Source: a virus (taxonomy: Duplodnaviria > Caudoviricetes). Taken from it: DNA of 31,623 nucleotides. The DNA is taken from the IMG/VR virus record IMGVR_UViG_3300044645_002700, positions 1-31,623 of that record. The stretch is one strand, 5' to 3'. This document shows, in pieces, positions 25,408 through 31,623 of the stretch (position 1 is the first letter of the stretch; the number at the start of each line of letters is the position of its first letter). Both the position numbers and the translations under genes were made by a program. The notes beneath the pieces were generated by a model. That model was given only the letters and a program-made list of their open reading frames with translations, ran no database searches and was not told where the DNA came from.

Positions 25408-25564
25408 CTTTTGTTAATTCATGTAAGAAAAAAATCAAAATGATTGGCCAAAGTAGAATCATAAAAATTCTTTGGGGCCAACTCATTCGAGCCATTGCAT
25501 TATATAGTGCTAATACTTCTATTGTTCCAGTGAGAAACATACCGCACAATAGATAAATCAACAT
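25400..25564 (-). CDS. Small 2-TM membrane protein (54 aa)
   Basis: MLIYLLCGMFLTGTIEVLALYNAMARMSWPQRIFMILLWPIILIFFLHELTKDE. TAATG coupling to the upstream gene; overlaps the MTase start. Confidence 0.6.
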   Translation of the reverse strand: MLIYLLCGMFLTGTIEVLALYNAMARMSWPQRIFMILLWPIILIFFLHELTKDE

Positions 25565-25800
25565 TATTTATTTTCTAAATTTTCAATCTTTCGCTGTAAA
25601 TACCACAGAGCCTTTTTCAAATCCTGTAATTCTTTATCGGTACCTTTTTTACCTGCTCTTGAGATATACTTCACTGTGTTTCCCAAGTGGAAATCCAAAT
25701 CCCAAGCTTCGATAACCTTGATTGCCTCATAGGGATTATTCTCACCTCCATAATGTTCGGGATGTGATACGTATTCGTAAGATGTTGAATGTTCTGACAT
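25564..25800 (-). CDS. DUF3310 family protein (T7 gp1.7 nucleotide-kinase-like)
   Basis: VSHPEHYGG, EAIKVI, LGNTVKYISRAGKK, DLKKALWYL. Start MSEHS. Confidence 0.88.
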   Translation of the reverse strand: MSEHSTSYEYVSHPEHYGGENNPYEAIKVIEAWDLDFHLGNTVKYISRAGKKGTDKELQDLKKALWYLQRKIENLENK

Positions 25801-25801
25801 T

Positions 25802-26431
25802 TTATTTAAGCTTAAGTATTGGACAATAATAGGTTTTCCATGTTGGGTGCCAATAATACTCACCAGTTGTGCTTTGGGTATCAATTTCATCAACATGGGT
25901 CAACCCCATTTCCTCGAACTCAATAGTACAAAACTTATCGAGAATATCAAATTCCTCTTGGGTAATATGTAAACCATTTTCATCCTCCCTTGGGTTGTTG
26001 AAGAAAGAATATATCCCATCGGGTTGGAGAATGTTTGGTATATATCTGTGGAAATCCAAGAAATCTTCATCCCAAGTGTCTATATAAATCCCATCAAATT
26101 TTGGTAAAAACTGAAGGTACCATCTCCAATCACCATAAAGAATTGTAACGTGAGGTTTTAGATGCCAACCATCTTGTAACATTTTGGTATAGACATCAAG
26201 GTGGGCTTCAATAATCCAATGTTCAGTAACAATTTGTTTTTCAATATGGGTATCGATGAAACCCATTCCAAATCCAACATTCAACACCCTTCCACCATTC
26301 CTACAAATGATTTCTGCAGATTTCTCCATGATGGGTTCTTCCCAATCCATCATGATTGCAGCACCATTTTCATCCAACAATCTACCGTCGTCAGTATAGG
26401 TTAGAGAACGGTCAACGTAAGGTTTATACAT
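25802..26431 (-). CDS. Class I SAM methyltransferase, Rmt2/GAMT-like
   Basis: IMMDWEEPIM, RVLNVGFGMGFID, HWIIEAH, GDW, FDGIYIDTW, GIYSFFN. Confidence 0.82.
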   Translation of the reverse strand: MYKPYVDRSLTYTDDGRLLDENGAAIMMDWEEPIMEKSAEIICRNGGRVLNVGFGMGFIDTHIEKQIVTEHWIIEAHLDVYTKMLQDGWHLKPHVTILYGDWRWYLQFLPKFDGIYIDTWDEDFLDFHRYIPNILQPDGIYSFFNNPREDENGLHITQEEFDILDKFCTIEFEEMGLTHVDEIDTQSTTGEYYWHPTWKTYYCPILKLK

Positions 26432-26615
26432 TTTCTTTTATAACGTAATAATTTTTAGCCAACGAAGATTCTTCAATCAAATTGGATTCACAAAGTTGTT
26501 CAATAATCATCATGGTAGATTCCATATCTTTCTTTATAATTCTATCCTTGATGTATGTAATGTGAGTTGGTCTTTTTAGATTTTTGAGAACAAACTCTTG
26601 AGTTTTTGCATCCAC
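26424..26615 (-). CDS. Small hypothetical protein (possibly winged-helix-like)
   Basis: 63-aa ORF overlapping the next gene's start. Confidence 0.55.
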   Translation of the reverse strand: MDAKTQEFVLKNLKRPTHITYIKDRIIKKDMESTMMIIEQLCESNLIEESSLAKNYYVIKENV

Positions 26616-26684
26616 GATTTGGATTCTTTTAATTGGTAATACTTTCTACGGACTATTTTACCTAATTCAAAATCATTTGAGTTC

Positions 26685-26921
26685 TCAAGAATTTCCTTCT
26701 CGCTTATTTCTACCTTTCTTTTCAGCATTTTTCTTAGATGCTTTAGTTGTTGGTTTGTCGGACACGACTACTTCAACAGGTTTATTGGTCGAACGTGATT
26801 GTTTCCATTCACTTTTGGAAATGAATTTCCATAGAGATGTTGCAAATCCAGCCAAAACATCTGCAGTTTTATTATCCTCACGACGGATATCACCGGTTTG
26901 TTTATTTTTGAGTGTCTTCAT
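26685..26921 (-). CDS. Small basic hypothetical protein
   Basis: 78 aa, Lys-rich tail. Confidence 0.65.
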   Translation of the reverse strand: MKTLKNKQTGDIRREDNKTADVLAGFATSLWKFISKSEWKQSRSTNKPVEVVVSDKPTTKASKKNAEKKGRNKREGNS

Positions 26922-26951
26922 GGTTTTTGAATTTATAATAATATAATGTAA

Positions 26952-27152
26952 TTATTGGTCTGTTTCAAGTTCAAGGATTTTTTCTTGGAGTTGTTTACCA
27001 TCTAATCCCATGTTGAAAAGTTCAAACACTTGGAACGAAAAATTATCAGTAAAGATTAAAGACTCAACTTTGAATAAGTCCTGTATTGACTTATGAAAGT
27101 TAAGATGGTTGATAATCATTTCTTTGGATATGAACCGTTTAGTAAAACCCAT
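26952..27152 (-). CDS. Small hypothetical protein
   Basis: Likely start MGFTKRFIS (27152). Confidence 0.55.
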   Translation of the reverse strand: MGFTKRFISKEMIINHLNFHKSIQDLFKVESLIFTDNFSFQVFELFNMGLDGKQLQEKILELETDQ

Positions 27153-27517
27153 TGTCCGTCGGTATTTAATTGTATTGTACAAATATAATCCATTTTCCAT
27201 TCAGTTGGAGCTATCATGGATAAAAAATATTTATTTTCTTCTCTTTTATATAAAAAATATGTATCTCCCACAATCGGTTCAAATCTTATTTCAGAACTAT
27301 AAACAACTTCATTAAGATTATAGGATAATACCAACTCTTCCATTTCTTTTTTCAACTCCTCAAATTTTTGTTTTATTAGACTATTGAATTTAGAAGTGGA
27401 ACTTTGAAGGAAGGCTGAGGTATCTGGTTTAATTATTTTGGGAGCACCAACATGACTTCCAAATGGAAGGAGATTAAATTTGGTTCCAACCTTTTCGTTA
27501 TGTGACGGGGTACTCAC
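27116..27517 (-). CDS. DUF2452-like protein
   Basis: FEPIVGDTYFLY..FLSMIAPTEW pattern. Confidence 0.7.
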   Translation of the reverse strand: MSTPSHNEKVGTKFNLLPFGSHVGAPKIIKPDTSAFLQSSTSKFNSLIKQKFEELKKEMEELVLSYNLNEVVYSSEIRFEPIVGDTYFLYKREENKYFLSMIAPTEWKMDYICTIQLNTDGQWVLLNGSYPKK

Positions 27518-28242
27518 GGTAATGTTTGGGTAAAATAACTATGAATCTTTCTTTTGAATAAAGGTAATAAATTACTTTCCAATGGAAGGTTATGACTTGA
27601 GTAAACCTCAAAGATTGGTATATCCATACTTTTAGTTGTTGAAAACTTTTTAATGACCTCGGTAAAAGTTTTATCATTACCTTGGTATAGAAGTTTACTC
27701 TCGATTTTACTACCATTCTTGGTTTCATAATCTTTGATATAATCAACTTCCCAAATATAATACATCTCACCGAAAGTGTCGTGATAAACAACATATGATT
27801 TGTTTAACGATAAATTTTTTCGATTTTTACGTAACTTGATGGAAGTCGCTTCAAATGAAAAGTCCCACATCCCTTTACAGACGGAAAAATACTGTAATAA
27901 TTTTTCATGAGATTCTTTCAATATATTATTCAACTCATTTTTTTCAGACTCAGTGAATTTTTTTCTACACAACTTACTTTTCAAATCATATAACATGATT
28001 TCATCATCGATTTCTGAAAACTCTTTTTTCAACACAATATATTTTCCATTTTTTAGATAATTTCCGATGGAAGCCATATGTAAGGATAACTCCGTAAAAT
28101 AGGGATAAATTTCTCCACGACCCAAAGCTTCTTCCACTTTGGATAAAAAAGAACTTAAAATGTATTCTTTGTGTTCCATATCAATTGGTCTTTGTAAAAA
28201 CCAATCGCTATTAAGAATAAATTTTGTAGATTTTTTTTCCAT
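27514..28242 (-). CDS. Hypothetical phage protein
   Basis: DWFLQRPIDMEHKEYIL..IYPYFTELSLH; likely start MEKKS. Confidence 0.75.
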   Translation of the reverse strand: MEKKSTKFILNSDWFLQRPIDMEHKEYILSSFLSKVEEALGRGEIYPYFTELSLHMASIGNYLKNGKYIVLKKEFSEIDDEIMLYDLKSKLCRKKFTESEKNELNNILKESHEKLLQYFSVCKGMWDFSFEATSIKLRKNRKNLSLNKSYVVYHDTFGEMYYIWEVDYIKDYETKNGSKIESKLLYQGNDKTFTEVIKKFSTTKSMDIPIFEVYSSHNLPLESNLLPLFKRKIHSYFTQTLP

Positions 28243-28283
28243 AAACAAAAGATAAAGATGTTCATGGATTTATGTAGTTAATT

Positions 28284-29210
28284 TTATTGATTGTTTAATA
28301 TGTAATACAAGGTATCTCCGAACATAATTTCATTTTCCGAACCATCATAGGTATTCAATGTGTGTCCATATCCATCAGTATCCACAACATCTCTAACAAG
28401 GGAATCCATATCAATCATATCTTGATTAACCAAAAACTCCAACATTTCTTTTTCACTAAACCCACCGAATTCTCTCAAATAGTCCAAAGGGTCATTCTTA
28501 GCAAGATTGTAAAGTCTTTCAATAATTTCATCAATTTTATCCTCATCGACTTCCTCACCCTCAGGGTTCTCATAGATATGCTCGATTTTTTTTTCAGTTG
28601 CTTGAATATCTGACATCAACTTATCAATTTTTTCAGGGTCAGATTCGTCTTTCAACATACCCTGTAATTTTTTAATTTTGATTTCGTAGAACTCCAAATA
28701 TTGTTTTTGTCTAAATGAAAGTGTCATTTCCGATGTTTCAGCATAAGCATCTGGCTCATCATAAACACTATCAGAAATGTTTTGATATACAAAATTATTC
28801 AAACGTCTTAAATTGATATGTTCTTTGACAAAATTTTCTGAGAATCCTTCCAAACCTATATCATCGAGTAAATCTTTGACATTTTCCATAGCACTACGAT
28901 GGGTGTCAATTTCATCACCCACATACCAAGTGTCTTTTGTGTCTGCCAACCTAAATTCAGTCATGTGATAAAATTCACCCACGGGAATCAAATCGTACAC
29001 GTCATATTCTTCTGTATCAATATCACCATATTTAACAAAAAAATTATAAAGGGCATTGGCATTAGACCCTAAATCCCCTGAGTGTAAATTTTTGGGATTC
29101 CACACATCTTTTTCTCTCCGTTCTTTTGGTGTGTCATGTAATACCCATTCGTTTAGAGAAGATACGTTTTCAACCAATTGTTTTTTGGTTACTACTTTGA
29201 TGATTTCCAT
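28284..29210 (-). CDS. Highly acidic hypothetical phage protein
   Basis: 308 aa, D/E-rich; TATTTAT 4 nt upstream. Confidence 0.8.
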   Translation of the reverse strand: MEIIKVVTKKQLVENVSSLNEWVLHDTPKERREKDVWNPKNLHSGDLGSNANALYNFFVKYGDIDTEEYDVYDLIPVGEFYHMTEFRLADTKDTWYVGDEIDTHRSAMENVKDLLDDIGLEGFSENFVKEHINLRRLNNFVYQNISDSVYDEPDAYAETSEMTLSFRQKQYLEFYEIKIKKLQGMLKDESDPEKIDKLMSDIQATEKKIEHIYENPEGEEVDEDKIDEIIERLYNLAKNDPLDYLREFGGFSEKEMLEFLVNQDMIDMDSLVRDVVDTDGYGHTLNTYDGSENEIMFGDTLYYILNNQ

Positions 29211-29303
29211 ATCAATAAATACATTATTTATACTTTATGTTCGAACTTACAAATCTATATTTTGTTAATATTTATCAATATAAACTTTAATAAAAATTTG
29301 AAC

Positions 29304-29432
29304 ATGGGTTGTGGATGCAAAAATAAGACACCTGAACAGATAGCCGCTCAAAAGCAGAGACAGGTCGAGTCAATACAAAGTACTATAAAACAAACAGTAA
29401 ACAAATATTATAATAAGACTTCACCTAAGTAA
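29304..29432 (+). CDS. Small MGCGCK-start peptide (42 aa)
   Basis: MGCGCKNKTPEQIAAQKQRQ...; TATTTAT upstream and a terminator downstream. Confidence 0.6.
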   Translation: MGCGCKNKTPEQIAAQKQRQVESIQSTIKQTVNKYYNKTSPK

Positions 29433-29452
29433 TAAGTCTGAATTATCAAAAC

Positions 29453-29482
29453 AAGGGGATGTGAAAACTTCCCCTTTTTTTT
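29453..29482 (+). terminator. Intrinsic terminator
   Basis: AAGGGGA..TCCCCTT followed by a T run. Confidence 0.7.
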
Positions 29483-29494
29483 ATATTTATTGTC

Positions 29495-30535
29495 ATGGAA
29501 GAAAAGGCAAGAAAAATTCTTCAATCTATTGAAGATAATCCTGATAGAGTTTCAAGGGTTTACGGAAATATTAATAACGCTCTCAACCATATTGTTTTAT
29601 TATCACCACAGGTCTATGATGAAATTGATACAAAAGACGAGCCATGGTACGACAATGATTTACAGGATGCAATCATCTACAATCAGTTGAGCAACTCCAA
29701 AGATGAAATTGACTATATCAAAAAGTTCATTAACAGGCACGACTTTAATGATTTAAGTATAGAGGGTGATAGAATTATTTACAACGCAGATTTGGACGAT
29801 GTTCTGAATCTTTATGACGACAGAGGTCGTGATTCCATCGCTAAAGGTGTTGCAAAGTTAGTTTTAAGTGATGATGGATATACCGAGTGGTTTTCATCAG
29901 ATTTTTATGATTTATCAGGACTTATAGATGAGTTGAATAAAGAAAACCTACAAAGACTCAAATTGAAATTTATTGAGGAATTGAATGGTATTATATCTCG
30001 TGAAAAAATAGAAGAAGATGGTATTGAACTTTTAGATGAGATGTTAGAGATTCAAGGTAATCCTGAATATCTCGAGGTGAATATGGAAAATATCAGTGAA
30101 ATGTTAGAAGATTCTGAAACACTAAAGTTTTTATTTGAGAATTATTTGACTGATTGGGAAGGTGAGTTATCCAATGCATACAATCAAGCATATAACGATG
30201 CTTTCGGTGATGAAATGTCAGATGAAGTATATTCAGGTATGGAGGAATTATTGGGTAAAATGGAGAGAAATGATTACACAATAACGGGTAATGATGGTAA
30301 AAAATTCTATCGTACAAATTATCTAATTGATGTAACACCTAATATCGTAGATATATTTCTAAATTACTTCTCAGACTACAAAAACCATTATCACCAAATT
30401 GATTATTACGGTAACTTTACAAATATGATGGATGAGTATTTGGACGACAATGGTGGAAGAATTGATTTTAGAATACCCGACTATCCTGATTCAAGAAAAG
30501 TAGAACAAATATTCAACGATATTGTTGAAATCTAA
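29495..30535 (+). CDS. Highly acidic hypothetical phage protein
   Basis: 346 aa, D/E-rich; TATTTAT 4 nt upstream. Confidence 0.8.
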   Translation: MEEKARKILQSIEDNPDRVSRVYGNINNALNHIVLLSPQVYDEIDTKDEPWYDNDLQDAIIYNQLSNSKDEIDYIKKFINRHDFNDLSIEGDRIIYNADLDDVLNLYDDRGRDSIAKGVAKLVLSDDGYTEWFSSDFYDLSGLIDELNKENLQRLKLKFIEELNGIISREKIEEDGIELLDEMLEIQGNPEYLEVNMENISEMLEDSETLKFLFENYLTDWEGELSNAYNQAYNDAFGDEMSDEVYSGMEELLGKMERNDYTITGNDGKKFYRTNYLIDVTPNIVDIFLNYFSDYKNHYHQIDYYGNFTNMMDEYLDDNGGRIDFRIPDYPDSRKVEQIFNDIVEI

Positions 30536-30560
30536 AAAGGGACTCAGATGAGTCCCTTTT
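30535..30560. terminator. Bidirectional terminator between convergent genes
   Basis: AAAAGGGACTC-agat-GAGTCCCTTTT. Confidence 0.8.
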
Positions 30561-31623
30561 CTTTTGCTTTGTTCTCCAATATTTCTAATTGTTTTTCTTT
30601 TTCATCCAAAATCAATTTTTGTTTCTGAATACCGTCAACAATTAGAGCAACCATGTTTTCATATTTAACACCGTAAAGTCCTGAAGGGAACTGAAATGTC
30701 AATTCAGGAATGACTTCTTTTACTTCTTGAGCAATGAATCCGATTTCTTGTACTTCCCAAATGTCAGGACTATTTTGTTCTACGTCAGCCCAAACGAATT
30801 CAACACCTCTAAGTTTCATAATTTTTTCTAATGAATCTTCGAAATATTGGAAGTTTTCTTTAAGTCTTATGTCTGAAGCACCACCAGCACCTGTAGGTCC
30901 TTTTGCACCGATATTTCCTTTTGGTCCTTTAGCCCCAGGAGCACCGATTGGTCCTTTAGCACCTAAGGGACCTTTGAATCCTTTTGGACCCTTAGGTCCT
31001 TGACCACCTTGAGGTGAAGGTCCTGGAAAACCTACGGGACCTGGAACAGGTAAACCTGTTGGTCCTTGAGCACCAGTGGGCGATGGACCTTGGTCACCTT
31101 GTCCTCCTTGGTTACCTCTAGGTCCTTGAGCCCCTCTTGGACCTTTATTACCAGTTGGTCCAACGGGTCCTTTGTTACCACCAGGTGCTGTTGGTCCCTT
31201 AATACCTTTGATACCCTTGTTACCTTGAGGTCCTTTAGCACCTGTAGGACCAGGTCCACCATTGTTGCCAGGGAAACCTGTTGGTCCTGGTGATGCATTA
31301 CCTTGTGGTCCCTGTGGTCCCGTAGTGCTAGCTCCTGTAGGTCCTCCAGGTCCTTGGGAAGAATCTCCAACAGGTCCTTGTGCACCTACGGGTCCTTTAC
31401 CACCTGTTCCACCCGGAGCACCAGTTGGTGAATTACCAACGCCTCCCTTAGGTCCTTTGATTGACGAACCCTGTGGTCCTTTAGCACCTTGTGGTGAGTT
31501 ACCTTGGCTACCTTTAGTTCCAATTGGACCTTGGTCACCTCGAGGTCCTTGGTTTCCTCTTGGTCCTTTTGCACCAATAGGTCCTTTATCACCACCAGCA
31601 CCAGCAGGGGCAGTTGGACCTTT
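30544..31623 (-). CDS. Collagen-like (Gly-X-Y) tail fibre with a C-terminal intramolecular chaperone (peptidase S74) domain; 5' part lies outside the window
   Basis: Minus-strand frame is GPX/GXK repeats, then GAGGA-SDIRLKENF...LRGVEFVW...IGFIAQEVKEVIPEL...GVKYENMVALIV and a coiled coil. The 91-aa track ORF is only its tail. Confidence 0.9.
   Translation of the reverse strand, partial: KGPTAPAGAGGDKGPIGAKGPRGNQGPRGDQGPIGTKGSQGNSPQGAKGPQGSSIKGPKGGVGNSPTGAPGGTGGKGPVGAQGPVGDSSQGPGGPTGASTTGPQGPQGNASPGPTGFPGNNGGPGPTGAKGPQGNKGIKGIKGPTAPGGNKGPVGPTGNKGPRGAQGPRGNQGGQGDQGPSPTGAQGPTGLPVPGPVGFPGPSPQGGQGPKGPKGFKGPLGAKGPIGAPGAKGPKGNIGAKGPTGAGGASDIRLKENFQYFEDSLEKIMKLRGVEFVWADVEQNSPDIWEVQEIGFIAQEVKEVIPELTFQFPSGLYGVKYENMVALIVDGIQKQKLILDEKEKQLEILENKAKEKGLI

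Noticed and set aside
30734-31601. ORFs 30734-31003(+), 31032-31385(-), 31066-31293(+), 31386-31601(-) and apparent DNA repeats
   Set aside because: Shadow frames of the collagen Gly-X-Y coding repeat.
1-31623. Alternative genetic code (stop-codon reassignment)
   Set aside because: Recognisable genes are full-length and densely packed under the standard code.
1-31623. tRNA genes, IS elements, integrase
   Set aside because: No cloverleaf with a T-loop, transposase or recombinase motif was recognised by eye.

Overview
AT-rich, densely coding, mostly minus-strand 31.6 kb segment. It reads as part of a large tailed-phage genome with a probable Bacteroidota host. Host evidence: Bacteroidota-type TTTG-N19-TAnnTTTG promoters, a T9SS-cargo protein and a TonB receptor/lipoprotein pair. 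Phage evidence: a collagen-like fibre with an intramolecular chaperone domain, a DUF3310 protein, a lytic transglycosylase, DNA methyltransferases and many small hypothetical genes. Host-like metabolic genes include a TonB-dependent receptor plus lipoprotein behind Pho-box-like repeats, an AsnRS-like enzyme lacking the anticodon-binding domain, type II glutamine synthetase, PurA, YceI, a cyclophilin, an amino-sugar modification cluster containing a BKACE enzyme, and an Rmt2/GAMT-like methyltransferase. Two non-coding elements stand out. One is an ~800 nt highly structured RNA (17640-18452, minus strand, probably GOLLD). The other is an ~185 nt stem-closed RNA candidate with ~10-nt-periodic UCAA repeats that starts immediately after the stop codon of a DIP1984-like coiled-coil gene (6813-6997). 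A leader-peptide/terminator attenuator candidate precedes the AsnRS-like gene. All family calls come from recognising motifs by eye; no searches or folding programs were run.
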